A stretch of DNA of 32,000 nt from Thermodesulfobacteriota bacterium. GTDB taxonomy: Bacteria > Desulfobacterota > WTBG01 > JAGOGO01. Positions 1-8,898 of the stretch are shown one piece after another. A program made the translations under genes and the position numbers. Position 1 is the first letter of the stretch, and each line of letters begins with the position of its first letter. The notes under the pieces are model-generated. The model was not told the DNA's origin, ran no database searches, and saw nothing but the letters and a program-made list of their open reading frames with translations. The DNA is taken from positions 795,622 through 827,621 of the forward strand of contig CP113000.1 of the NCBI GenBank assembly GCA_026625185.1. Direction: 5' to 3'.

Positions 1-128
1 GTTTTTCAATTGTTCAAGAGTATATTCGCCGACTGATCACTTTCAGCGCGGCAACAACAACAAGTAAAACCATCGCCTGGCACATTGCGCTTTTTTCTCT
101 CTTTCTTATTTATCTGCCCTTCACGCAT

Positions 129-314
129 ATGACCCACTTTTTCATGAAATATTTCATGTGGGATAAAGTGCGGTTTGAAGACGAACCAAATTTTCGTGGC
201 AGCGATATGGAAGGCAAGATTGCAAAAGCATTAACCTACACACAAAACTGGTCAGCTCCGCATATTCAAACCGGCAAGAAATGGAGTGAGACAGCTTCAA
301 AGGGAGTAGAATAA
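129..314 (+). CDS. hypothetical small protein (61 aa), possibly translationally coupled to the downstream Fe-S gene
   Basis: The ORF ends in TAA directly abutting the next start (gaaTAAATG). It has no recognisable motif and no clear SD, and could equally be untranslated leader. Confidence 0.2.
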   Translation: MTHFFMKYFMWDKVRFEDEPNFRGSDMEGKIAKALTYTQNWSAPHIQTGKKWSETASKGVE

Positions 315-1925
315 ATGAAGAAAAATAAACTCACGTTAAAAGATATGAGTACCGCGTCCGGACAATTGGTGGAACTTAAACAGGAAGAGTTTATGAAGCT
401 TCCAAATCCGTATGATACTCCAGAAGCTCAACCTCCTCTAAAATCTTTAAGCGACGAGGTGCGGGAGAAATTTGAATGTGACCTTGATGGCTTCATGGCC
501 ATCAAAATTATCCGGCCAAAGAGCCGAGAAGAAGAAGAACGATTAGTTAACAAATTTTTAGACGGGTTACGTAAGCTCCTCAGCAAGGAAAACAATTGGA
601 CTTTTTTTATGCCGCTTATGCTTTCTTTGGAATACTGCGCAAAGTGCCAGACCTGTAGTGATGCGTGTCCCATCTACGTGTCGAGCGGGAAAAACGAGGT
701 TTATCGGCCCACGTTTCGCTCGGAGGCTCTCCGTAGCATTGTCGATAAGTACATTCGAAAAAAAGGCAGCCTTTATCTCAAAATGACCGGCAATGAAATT
801 GAACTCAACTGGAAGATGGTAGCACGACTGGCTGAGCTTGCCTATCGGTGTACACTTTGTCGAAGATGCGCTCAAACCTGCCCCATCGGAGTGGACAACG
901 GCCTTATCACACATGAGTTGAGAAAGCTCTTTAGTCAGGAGCTGGGGATAGCCCCGGAAGAGATCCACGCTAAAGGTTCGGTTCAACACCTGCAAAAAGG
1001 CTCCTCCACCGGCATGATCAAGCAGGCATTTGCGGACACTCTTGAGTTCTTGGAGGATGACATTGAGGAGAAAATCGGCCGAAGAATAACCATGCCGATT
1101 GATAAAAAAGGAGCGGAAATTCTTCTCATCCACAATGCCGGCGAGTACCTCTCCTGGCCGGAAAATCCCTCGGCTTTCGCGATCATTTTCGACGCTGCCG
1201 GCGTTGACTATACCTTATCGAGTGAAATTGTAGGGTACGATGCGGTCAATTACGGGCTGTGGTATGACGATTTCCAGCTTGCTCGGGTTGCCTTAAAACA
1301 CGCACAGATTGCTAAGGATTTAGGGGTCAAAAAGATTGTGGTGGGAGAATGTGGACATGCTCACAAAGCTATTTCCGTGATCGCCGACCGGATTCTCATT
1401 GGCGACCTCAATATTCCCCGGGAAAGCTGTATTCCAATTTTGGAAGACATTGTTGTCAACGAAAAAATCAAGCTCGATCCCCGTAAAAATAATTTTCCGG
1501 TGACCCTTCATGACCCTTGTAATATGGTAAGGCTTATGGGGATTGTTGAGCCACAGAGAAGAATATTAAGAAAGATTGCCCCCCGGTTTCGAGAAATGGA
1601 ACCTCATGGAGTGGAAAATTACTGTTGCGGCGGCGGAAGCGGTTTTGCCATCATGCCTTCTCTCAATTTCCCGGACTGGAGATCGGGTGTGTCTGCCCGG
1701 ATGAAGTTTAAACAAATTCTTGATGCTTTTCAGGATGTTATTGACCCGAGCATCAAAAAAATGGTGTGCGCCCCCTGTTCTAATTGTAAAGGAGCAATTC
1801 GAGATCTGTTGGCGTATTACAATGCCTGGGAAAAAACCGGGATTGCTTATACAGGATTAGTCGAATTTATTGTCAATGCCATGGTAGATGTTAAAGAGCC
1901 ATACATCGAATGGCCGGAATTTTAA
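315..1925 (+). CDS. HdrD/DsrK-family iron-sulfur oxidoreductase (2x 4Fe-4S ferredoxin motifs plus CCG-type Cys-rich domain), with no adjacent membrane partner
   Basis: 536-aa ORF with an AGGGAG SD. It has motifs CAKCQTCSDACP and CTLCRRCAQTCP, followed by GECGH, HDPCN, YCCGGGSGF and CAPCSNC, typical of heterodisulfide-reductase-like CCG domains. It is a paralogue of the ORF at 6454-7887. Confidence 0.85.
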   Translation: MKKNKLTLKDMSTASGQLVELKQEEFMKLPNPYDTPEAQPPLKSLSDEVREKFECDLDGFMAIKIIRPKSREEEERLVNKFLDGLRKLLSKENNWTFFMPLMLSLEYCAKCQTCSDACPIYVSSGKNEVYRPTFRSEALRSIVDKYIRKKGSLYLKMTGNEIELNWKMVARLAELAYRCTLCRRCAQTCPIGVDNGLITHELRKLFSQELGIAPEEIHAKGSVQHLQKGSSTGMIKQAFADTLEFLEDDIEEKIGRRITMPIDKKGAEILLIHNAGEYLSWPENPSAFAIIFDAAGVDYTLSSEIVGYDAVNYGLWYDDFQLARVALKHAQIAKDLGVKKIVVGECGHAHKAISVIADRILIGDLNIPRESCIPILEDIVVNEKIKLDPRKNNFPVTLHDPCNMVRLMGIVEPQRRILRKIAPRFREMEPHGVENYCCGGGSGFAIMPSLNFPDWRSGVSARMKFKQILDAFQDVIDPSIKKMVCAPCSNCKGAIRDLLAYYNAWEKTGIAYTGLVEFIVNAMVDVKEPYIEWPEF

Positions 1926-1927
1926 TT

Positions 1928-1957
1928 GACGTTGATAATCAAAAACGTCTTTTTTTT
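1928..1957 (+). terminator. candidate intrinsic terminator
   Basis: GACGTT-N10-AACGTC stem followed by T8, starting 3 nt after the stop codon. The stem is short and AT-rich. Confidence 0.45.
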
Positions 1958-2058
1958 CTTCCGGTTGGTGATTTAATGATCCCTTCGGTTCAGGTCGCTT
2001 ATTTTATTCAGCAGACTTTGAGATCCCGAACTTGTTTCTGGATCTCGCAATAGGTTGA

Positions 2059-2093
2059 TTTCATTACCTGCCTGCTGCAGGCAGGTAATGAAA
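2059..2093. repeat. perfect 35-nt palindrome (17-bp arms)
   Basis: TTTCATTACCTGCCTGC-T-GCAGGCAGGTAATGAAA, checked base by base. It is flanked by further hairpins at 2020-2046 and 2113-2131. Confidence 0.9.
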
Positions 2094-2312
2094 CAAGCCT
2101 CCCATGAATTGATGCCGAAACAGGTTCGGCACGACACTTTTTTAAGCCCAGAAGCAAGACATTAAGCCCCTTTTACCGTTTTTCAAGAGTCAATTAGATT
2201 CATAAAACTGATTCTGGTTTCCCGCCTTAAGTTATAGTATAGTAGGTTTATCCTATTATACTTTCTCTGCTGTTATTTTTTCTGTAAGATAAAATTGTAA
2301 GGAACAGGAAAA

Positions 2313-3671
2313 ATGAAACTGTCTTTAAAGGATCAGTCACGAATCTTAAACATTTCCGAGGTTAAAGTCCTGGAAAATATCGGAGAAGGAATTTTAATTA
2401 TAGACGATACTTTCCGCATTACCTATTTTAATTCCAAAGCGGTTTCCCTTACCGGTATACCCCGCAAAGAAGCGGTGGGAAAGCCATGTTATGAAATACT
2501 TGCCCTCTCAAACTGCACTGAGGGCTGCCCAGTACAAAAAATGGTCGAGCAAGGGGAGTCAATTGTTGATTACCGCTCCTTTATTAAAAGTCCTGATCGC
2601 GCTGCAGTTCCGGTGGAAGTTCGTTTTTCAATCTTGCGGGATCGCCAAAATCATTTTTCCGGCGGGATAATAACTGTCCGAGATCTTCCCTCCAAATATA
2701 ATAATGAGTTGGAAGGGGATCACCAGATTTATTCATTCCAAGGAATTTATGCAAACAATAAGAGATCGTTAGAAATTTTTGAAATTTTGCCTGACCTAAG
2801 CCGTTCTGATGCTTCCGTGCTTCTGCAAGGAGAAAGTGGCACTGGCAAGGAACTGTTTGCGGCTGCGATTCATAACTTGAGCTATCGAAAAAACAATCCT
2901 TTTATAATCGTAAACTGTGCTGCTTTGCCTGAAAATCTTTTAGAATCAGAACTTTTTGGATATATAAAAGGGGCTTTCACCGATGCAAAACAAAATAAAC
3001 CTGGGCGTTTTCAACTTGCCCATCAGGGGACGCTCTTTCTTGACGAGGTGGGAGATATTCCGCTTTCACTTCAGGCAAAACTGCTTCGGGTGGTGGAAGA
3101 AAAATCATTTACTCCTTTGGGTGGTACTAATGTGGTGAAAGTTGATGTGCGGATAATTTCGGCATCAAACCGCGATTTAGAGCAAATGGTAACCGTTGGA
3201 ACGTTCCGCCGCGATCTTTACTACCGGCTCAACGTTGTAAAGCTTGAAATCCCTCCTTTACGAGAGCGTCCGGAAGATATTCCTATTTTGATTAAACATT
3301 TCATTAACCAGTTTAACAAAAAAACTTTCCGAAACATTGAAGGGGTATCTACTAATTATCTGGAGGTTCTTAAAAACTATAAGTTTCCGGGAAATGTTCG
3401 CGAGTTAGAAAATATTATCGAGCATGCATTTGTGATGTGTCGAGGAAACACCATTCGCAGAAACCATCTTCCTTCTTATCTTTCTCGAACACCTCAAAAC
3501 CAGGAAAATCCCATGGGATCAGTGGAGCGGCTCTTCAACCAGATGGAAAAAGAGACGATTCTTAAAGTATTGGCAAAACACAAGGGAAATCGATCAACCG
3601 CTGCAGATGAGCTTGGTATGCACCGCACCACCTTATGGCGGAAACTCCGCCGAATAGAATTGAATTCATGA
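2313..3671 (+). CDS. sigma-54-dependent transcriptional activator (PAS - AAA+ - Fis-type HTH), no receiver domain
   Basis: 452 aa. N-terminal PAS with C59-x8-C68-x3-C72-P. Walker A GESGTGKE, GAFTDA (a variant of the GAFTGA sigma-54 contact loop) and Walker B LFLDEVGD. C-terminal HTH STAADELGMHRTTLWRKL. Confidence 0.9.
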   Translation: MKLSLKDQSRILNISEVKVLENIGEGILIIDDTFRITYFNSKAVSLTGIPRKEAVGKPCYEILALSNCTEGCPVQKMVEQGESIVDYRSFIKSPDRAAVPVEVRFSILRDRQNHFSGGIITVRDLPSKYNNELEGDHQIYSFQGIYANNKRSLEIFEILPDLSRSDASVLLQGESGTGKELFAAAIHNLSYRKNNPFIIVNCAALPENLLESELFGYIKGAFTDAKQNKPGRFQLAHQGTLFLDEVGDIPLSLQAKLLRVVEEKSFTPLGGTNVVKVDVRIISASNRDLEQMVTVGTFRRDLYYRLNVVKLEIPPLRERPEDIPILIKHFINQFNKKTFRNIEGVSTNYLEVLKNYKFPGNVRELENIIEHAFVMCRGNTIRRNHLPSYLSRTPQNQENPMGSVERLFNQMEKETILKVLAKHKGNRSTAADELGMHRTTLWRKLRRIELNS

Positions 3672-3685
3672 AGGTAAAGGAAAAT

Positions 3686-4816
3686 CTATGATATAGGGGC
3701 GGCATTGGCTTCAGTATCAGGAGAAGGCTGAGTAGGAGAGGTTGACTTGAGAGGAAACGTTACGCGAAAAACCGAACCTTCTCCGGGTGTTAGTGAACTA
3801 AAGGTTATCTGACCGCCAAGTTCGTTGACGATTTTTCTGGTCACCAAAAGCCCCAATCCTGTCCCGTAACGACCTTTTGTGGATAACATCCCGGTAAAAA
3901 AATAGTTTTCCCATTCCTCGGGAAGTCCCGGGCCATTGTCTTCAACCTCAAATACCACTAATGGTCCTTTGAAGAGGGAGCGAATAATTATCCGATGCTC
4001 ACGCCGGTTCACATCAAACTTACAGGCTTCTATCGCATTTTGCACTAAGTTGCTCAAAATCGTGTGCAGGTCTTCGGCATTAAACAGGATTGGCCCAAGT
4101 TTTGGTTCTAAATCCAGAACCAGTTTAATGTGTTCAAGGGCCGCTGTGCCCCGGAATAATTCAAAAACCTCACAGACGACTTGGTTTGGTTCAATAATGC
4201 TGAGGACATGTTCTCTTTTTTTAGCGCAATAAAGGATATCTTTGACCAGATTGGAAATTCGGGCGACATTCCGCTGAACGATTTCCCAACCTTTTAGAGT
4301 CTCCGCTTGGTCTCCTTGTTGCAAACCTGAGTTAACCACATAGATTCCCCCATCCAGGCCGGTTAAAATATTTTTTATAGAATGAGCCATGGTAGCAACC
4401 GTTTGTCCCATTAAGCTTAAGTCGGTCTGCAGCCGTTTAATATTGGTTATATTGGTGGACATTTCCATCACCGCCACAATCTGTCCTTGATCATTGTAAA
4501 GAGGACTCGTGTAAACAATGACAAAGGCTTCCTGGCCTTCACGGGTTATGACCCTCTCTTCACTGGAATGGACCTGCCCATCAGCAAATGTTTTAACCAC
4601 CGGACATTCCGGACAGGGACTGGATTTTCCTTTATAAACCTCATGACAGAGTTCACCTACCCGATTGCCGAAGTCTTGTTGAAAAAGCTGGTTGGTTTGG
4701 ACGATCCGTAACTCGTGATTTTGGACGGAGATATAGCAAGGAACGCGTTGAAAAAGCTGGGGGTAATCGTTTCTGGTAGGATCCTCTTTGCTGACGTCGA
4801 GTTGGTTTGGAGACAC
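3686..4816 (-). CDS. soluble PAS sensor histidine kinase
   Basis: 376 aa with a GTG start preceded by an AAGGGG SD and no obvious TM segment. PAS with C57-x10-C68-x2-C71-P, H-box MAHSIKN, and HATPase motifs NLVQNAIEA, DNGPGLP and GTGLGL. Confidence 0.85.
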   Translation of the reverse strand: MSPNQLDVSKEDPTRNDYPQLFQRVPCYISVQNHELRIVQTNQLFQQDFGNRVGELCHEVYKGKSSPCPECPVVKTFADGQVHSSEERVITREGQEAFVIVYTSPLYNDQGQIVAVMEMSTNITNIKRLQTDLSLMGQTVATMAHSIKNILTGLDGGIYVVNSGLQQGDQAETLKGWEIVQRNVARISNLVKDILYCAKKREHVLSIIEPNQVVCEVFELFRGTAALEHIKLVLDLEPKLGPILFNAEDLHTILSNLVQNAIEACKFDVNRREHRIIIRSLFKGPLVVFEVEDNGPGLPEEWENYFFTGMLSTKGRYGTGLGLLVTRKIVNELGGQITFSSLTPGEGSVFRVTFPLKSTSPTQPSPDTEANAAPIS

Positions 4817-4840
4817 GTGTTGCCCCTTAGAACAGAAAGG

Positions 4841-5215
4841 TTATTTTATATAAGTAGCAATCTTGTTCAAAAGCTCCTGGGGGGAAAAAGGTTTCTCAAG
4901 AAACTCTTGGGGACGAGGGACACTCTGATGGTCATGGGCGAAGAAGTCTTTATATTGCGTAACCGCGGAAAGAATGATTACCGGAATATCTTTATGCACT
5001 TCACTTTTTTTGAGTTTCCGATAAAAACCCACACCCGATTGATTAGGCATGATAATATCAAGGATAATTAAATCAGGAAAAAATTCAGTAAGTTTGCGAA
5101 ACCCATCTTCACCATCATCGGCAACCTTGGTGTGGTAACCGCTATTGGTAAGCAGAGAATTTAAGTAGGTTCGCACATCTTCTTCATCATCTATTATCAA
5201 TATTTTTTTTGTCAT
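4841..5215 (-). CDS. single-domain CheY-like response regulator receiver
   Basis: 124 aa with IIDDEEDV, acceptor Asp in LIILDIIMP, ILSA and EKPF. It is a paralogue of the ORF at 9228-9626 and shares an extended region before the conserved Lys. Confidence 0.9.
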   Translation of the reverse strand: MTKKILIIDDEEDVRTYLNSLLTNSGYHTKVADDGEDGFRKLTEFFPDLIILDIIMPNQSGVGFYRKLKKSEVHKDIPVIILSAVTQYKDFFAHDHQSVPRPQEFLEKPFSPQELLNKIATYIK

Positions 5216-5219
5216 TTTT

Positions 5220-5885
5220 TTAGCTCTTACTTCTTGATGAGGGAAAATGAGTTTGGGATTTATCCGCCTTTTTTATTCTCATTAAGACGGTTTTAACCTT
5301 TTCTTTCACTGGGGAGGGCTGATCGTCATTATTGACAATTGCATTCAGGGTGGTGAGCACTTCGGTATCGTGTTTACAACAAATTGAACCTAAAGCCTCA
5401 AGGGATGCAAGACGCACCTCAACCTCATTATCAGTAAGACACCTCATTAAACTTGAACGTGCCTCTCGGGCGCTGGTGCCAATTTGTCCCAGCACCCAGG
5501 CCACTCTTTCTCGAACATACCAGACTGAATCGGAGAGTGCTTCTATAAGGAAAGGTACTGCTACCGCAGCTTCCGGTCCTTGATCATTAATTGTTAAGAC
5601 CGCATATTCTCTCACATCTTCATGGGTATCTTGAAGCATAGGAACAATGTATCGTAAGATTGCGGGAATATCCAGTTTAAGCTCTTTTAAACTCTGTAAA
5701 GCTGCCAGCCTCACAAACCAAACAGTATCCTTCAGGGTTTTAATGAGCGCGTTATACGCAAGGGCATTGTTCTCTCCTAACTCGCCGAGAGTTCGGGCAG
5801 CGGCAAAGCGAATATGAGGATCTTTTGCCTCAAGGTCGCCTACAAGCTGAACAATCGCCTTTTGCATAGATGCACTTTCGGACAC
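5220..5885 (-). CDS. HEAT-repeat (PBS-lyase-type) protein
   Basis: It has five or more repeats of the D/x-VR-x-x-A-x-x-x-LG type (DPHIRFAAARTLGELG, WFVRLAALQSLKEL, DVREYAVLTI, WYVRERVAWVLGQIG, VEVRLASLEALGSI). The start is uncertain between GTG 5885 and ATG 5867. Confidence 0.8.
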   Translation of the reverse strand: MSESASMQKAIVQLVGDLEAKDPHIRFAAARTLGELGENNALAYNALIKTLKDTVWFVRLAALQSLKELKLDIPAILRYIVPMLQDTHEDVREYAVLTINDQGPEAAVAVPFLIEALSDSVWYVRERVAWVLGQIGTSAREARSSLMRCLTDNEVEVRLASLEALGSICCKHDTEVLTTLNAIVNNDDQPSPVKEKVKTVLMRIKKADKSQTHFPSSRSKS

Positions 5886-5900
5886 CCCGACATTCGTCGT

Positions 5901-6428
5901 TTAGGGTTTTATTAGGGTCCAGTCTCCTTGCCTGATTCCCAACTGATCAAGTATTTCAACTGCCCGTTTATTTAGGTGATAAGAGTTGGGTTTATCAGGA
6001 CCTACCATAATGACAGGGGTCCTAAAATTTGAAGCAAATTTTTCAATTGGTTCTCCCCCGAAGTCGGTGCCGTGTTCAGGATAACCAACCACTAAGACAT
6101 CATATTCTTTGCGGTGGAGGCAGCGGTGAAGCTCAGCGCCCTCATTGCCTTCGCAAAGCCTAAAACCGACTTTAACAAAGTCCCCTAACCAAAAGTCATA
6201 GTATTCACGCAACTCCAGCTCTTTTTTAGCTATCAGTTCATCAGTGACTCTTACCAATGTTTCTTTTTTATCATCAACATATACATAATCCCGACGAAAG
6301 CGAAAAGGTGAATCCAACCAGTGAAAGATATTGAGCTGAACATCGTGCATTCTGGCCAAGGTCAAAGCGTAATGGAATGCCCAGTCACCCTGGCGTGAAT
6401 AATGTGAACAAAGTCCGATGGCTTTCAT
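5901..6428 (-). CDS. universal-stress-protein-like alpha/beta protein (family assignment tentative)
   Basis: 175 aa with a strong SD (AGAGGGAAAA). The pattern MKAIGL...ALTLA...L.IFH ... DVLVVGYPEHG ... TPVIMVGP resembles the USP/adenine-nucleotide alpha-hydrolase fold. Confidence 0.5.
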   Translation of the reverse strand: MKAIGLCSHYSRQGDWAFHYALTLARMHDVQLNIFHWLDSPFRFRRDYVYVDDKKETLVRVTDELIAKKELELREYYDFWLGDFVKVGFRLCEGNEGAELHRCLHRKEYDVLVVGYPEHGTDFGGEPIEKFASNFRTPVIMVGPDKPNSYHLNKRAVEILDQLGIRQGDWTLIKP

Positions 6429-6453
6429 GTTTTTCCCTCTTTTGTTATTTAGG

Positions 6454-7887
6454 TTACTTTTCCTCTTTTTTTTCGGGCACCACCAATGCGTTTGCCACTA
6501 AGTCTAATACCTGGACAACTTGCATGTCAAGTTTATAGTGCCTGATCAAATCCCCCAGGCCGTCAACACAATTATGGCAAATAGTACAGACCTGCTTGGC
6601 CCCGGTATCTATTAACTGCTGGGCTTTAATCTTGGCCACTTCCATCCGGAGGGGTTTATATTCTACCATGGAAAGAGCTCCCCCACCGCCGGTACAGCAG
6701 AAGTTATCAGCTCGGTTAGGAAACATCTCCCGAAAGTCAGTGCAGACTCGTTTTAATATCCAGCGAGGCTCTTCGGTGAGGTCTCCAGATCGGGCGATAT
6801 TACAGGAATCATGAAAGGTGACCGGTAAAGAATTCTTCGAAGGGTCAACTTTTATTCGACCTTGACTGATATACCGGATTAAGGTAACTAAAACCGATTC
6901 TGAGGAAATATCTTGGGAATATTTAGCCCAGTTATAGCCTTCCCACCGGGTAGAACGATAACCGTGGCCACATTCCGAAATAACAATCCGTTTGGCTCGG
7001 AGTTTCTTAGCTGCCTCGTAAAGGTTCTTGGCCACAAAAGCACCTAACTTGTCATCTCCAGAAAAAAGGCCGAAGTTGGTCATATCCCACCCCCACCGGG
7101 GCATCGTCCAGCTTTCTCCAGCCGCATAAAATATTTTTGCGGCATGGCCGATGGAACGGGGGTCGTATTTGACCTCCCGGGGGTTAATCGTGTACATGAA
7201 ATCGCAGTCTTCCTTATCAACATGGATCTTGAAGGTGGGGTCACCTATTTCTTCACCAACCTCTTCACTCATCCACTCAAGTGTTTCCAAATATTCGTCT
7301 TCCGTCACCCCCATCTGGTTGCCGGTTTCCCATTGATCTTTGCTTACCACAAACACGCCTTCAGGTACAATGCCCAACTCGGTCAAAAGACCACGCGTAA
7401 GGCGGACTAAAATTGCCGTATCAACCCCCATCGGACAGTTTAGGGTGCAGCGACGGCAACCCGTACAGGTCCCGAAAACAATATTCTTGAGCCGATTCAT
7501 GTCCTCATCATTTTTGGGTGAACCGGCATGCACCCACCAGGGGATGATGCGGCCTGTCCAGTCAAAATGTTTTTTAAAAATGCGTCGGATTTGATCACCT
7601 TTATAAGCTGGAACCATAGTGGGATCGTGGGGGCGGGCAAGCACGTAATGGCAGACTTCTGAACACATACCGCAGTGAACACAGGCAGTCATTGACCCGA
7701 CCACTGAACGGTTGAGCCTGCTCTGTAAAAGTTCCAGAAACTTTTTCACATTATTGGTGTTGGGATCATAGACTTTAAGACGCCCTTCGGCCACGCAAGG
7801 AACCTTTTCCTCTACCGCCTTTTTCTGCTCCTTTGGATCCAAAGGTAAACTCAGGACATCTTCTATGTTTATGCTTTTCTCGATCAA
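6454..7887 (-). CDS. DsrK/HmeD-like iron-sulfur subunit (HdrD family, CCG domain)
   Basis: 477 aa with a TTG start and an AAAGGAGAA SD. Motifs CVHCGMCSEVC, CTGCRRCTLNCP, SECGHG, HDSCN, FCCTGGGGA and CTICHNC. It lies immediately downstream of a NarI/DsrM-like membrane protein. Confidence 0.85.
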   Translation of the reverse strand: MIEKSINIEDVLSLPLDPKEQKKAVEEKVPCVAEGRLKVYDPNTNNVKKFLELLQSRLNRSVVGSMTACVHCGMCSEVCHYVLARPHDPTMVPAYKGDQIRRIFKKHFDWTGRIIPWWVHAGSPKNDEDMNRLKNIVFGTCTGCRRCTLNCPMGVDTAILVRLTRGLLTELGIVPEGVFVVSKDQWETGNQMGVTEDEYLETLEWMSEEVGEEIGDPTFKIHVDKEDCDFMYTINPREVKYDPRSIGHAAKIFYAAGESWTMPRWGWDMTNFGLFSGDDKLGAFVAKNLYEAAKKLRAKRIVISECGHGYRSTRWEGYNWAKYSQDISSESVLVTLIRYISQGRIKVDPSKNSLPVTFHDSCNIARSGDLTEEPRWILKRVCTDFREMFPNRADNFCCTGGGGALSMVEYKPLRMEVAKIKAQQLIDTGAKQVCTICHNCVDGLGDLIRHYKLDMQVVQVLDLVANALVVPEKKEEK

Positions 7888-7901
7888 TGTTGTTCTCCTT
7901 T

Positions 7902-8603
7902 CTATTTGGTTAATGCCTTCTCATTATCTAACCCAGCCGGTTTTTCTCCTCCGCGTTTGCGCGGAAACACCCCGCGGTGCCCCATGAGTTTGCCTAAGAA
8001 ATAACGGGTAAAAGGATAGTAAAGGTAGTGGGAAATTTTCGAAAAGGGCACGTAAATCAGGAAAAATGTGGTCATGGCAAAGAATATTATCAGCGGCCAT
8101 TCGCCGGCGGTATGCTTGTTGGGCACAGCGAACACGCCGGAAGCAAAAAAAGAGGTCATCAAAATCAGAGAAAAGTAGTCATCGGGTGTGCTGATGAGCC
8201 TGAGGGCGGGTTTGGAAATACGCCGGATAAGCCTCAGGATTCCTACGAAAAATGCCGCCGCTAACGTAATCTGGAATATCCAAACAACCACCTTGACGTC
8301 AAAAAGCTGTGGCCAGTAGGGGATAATAAATGTCGCGCTGATTGCCGCCACTACTCCGAGGTGGAAAATAACAAACTGAAAATAAAAGCTCCAGTTTCTC
8401 CGCACGCTTTCCATGGCCCAGGGCATAGCAACATTCATCATGGAATAGGCTACCCCAACCTTGCTGCTGCCTACTCCATAACTAAAATCCTGAGGGGCTT
8501 TGAATCGAAACATCCAGAGCAGCCGAAGAACGTAAACCGCGCTCATAAATGCTAAGGCTACAAGCTGCACTTCATTCTCTAAAATTTTTAAGAATTCACT
8601 CAT
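7902..8603 (-). CDS. DsrM/HmeC/NarI-like membrane cytochrome b subunit
   Basis: Starting at ATG 8603 (SD GGGAGGAAG just upstream) gives 233 aa with multiple TM helices, conserved His residues (IFHLG) and the PFSKISHYLYYP motif typical of the nitrate-reductase-gamma-like family. The 268-aa ORF in the track (to 8708) would read through the sigma-54 promoter. Confidence 0.75.
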   Translation of the reverse strand: MSEFLKILENEVQLVALAFMSAVYVLRLLWMFRFKAPQDFSYGVGSSKVGVAYSMMNVAMPWAMESVRRNWSFYFQFVIFHLGVVAAISATFIIPYWPQLFDVKVVVWIFQITLAAAFFVGILRLIRRISKPALRLISTPDDYFSLILMTSFFASGVFAVPNKHTAGEWPLIIFFAMTTFFLIYVPFSKISHYLYYPFTRYFLGKLMGHRGVFPRKRGGEKPAGLDNEKALTK

Positions 8604-8686
8604 GCTTCCTCCCAACGATATATTTTTAATCAACAACTCTGTATAAAGGTCCCTCCGAGGGCCATTCAATCTTTCTTTCTTAAGTA

Positions 8687-8702
8687 AGCAAAAACAATGC
8701 CA
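8687..8702 (-). promoter_or_regulatory. sigma-54 (-24/-12) promoter
   Basis: The minus strand reads TGGCAT-TGTTT-TTGCT against the consensus TGGCAC-N5-TTGCW, with correct GG-N10-GC spacing. It sits about 85 nt upstream of the DsrM-like start, and a sigma-54 activator is encoded nearby. Confidence 0.65.
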
Positions 8703-8898
8703 CGACACTGAGCGCGTTTTCTTTTCGTTAAATCTTGATTAATTAATTAACTTTCAATATGTTGACTTTTAAAAACCAACCGCGCTTTAGGGATGGGTAT
8801 TACTTCTAAAAAATGTATCACTTGTTAATCATTTTTTTATAATTAGCTTAAATAATTATATTTTTAACTGAAAAAAGAGTATTTTTTATCTAAAAACC

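Noticed and set aside
77-93. TGGCACATTGCGC upstream of the first Fe-S gene looked like a sigma-54 promoter.
   Set aside because: TGGCAC is present, but TTGC follows after only 1 nt instead of 5, so the GG-N10-GC spacing is wrong (positions 14-15 are TT). It is not a functional -24/-12 geometry.
6-128. A minus-strand 40-codon ORF (MREGQINKKERKKRNVPGDGFTCCCCRAESDQ...) with four consecutive Cys, a possible small Cys-rich peptide or RiPP precursor.
   Set aside because: It has no SD and no supporting neighbour genes within the window (it sits at the edge), and it is short enough to arise by chance. I cannot support it from sequence alone.
567-1133. Antisense ORFs inside confident genes (for example 567-1133, 428-673, 10323-10697, 15412-15777, 15765-16319, 16112-16531, 24323-24604, 29166-29456).
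   Set aside because: These are shadow ORFs on the strand opposite genes with clear family motifs. They have no SD and no recognisable motifs, and their composition is typical of antisense reading.
8604-8708. The N-terminal extension of the DsrM-like ORF to 8708 given in the track.
   Set aside because: The extension would include the sigma-54 promoter, and the strong SD precedes the internal ATG at 8603. The extension sequence (MSWHCFCLLKKERLNG...) is not membrane-protein-like.
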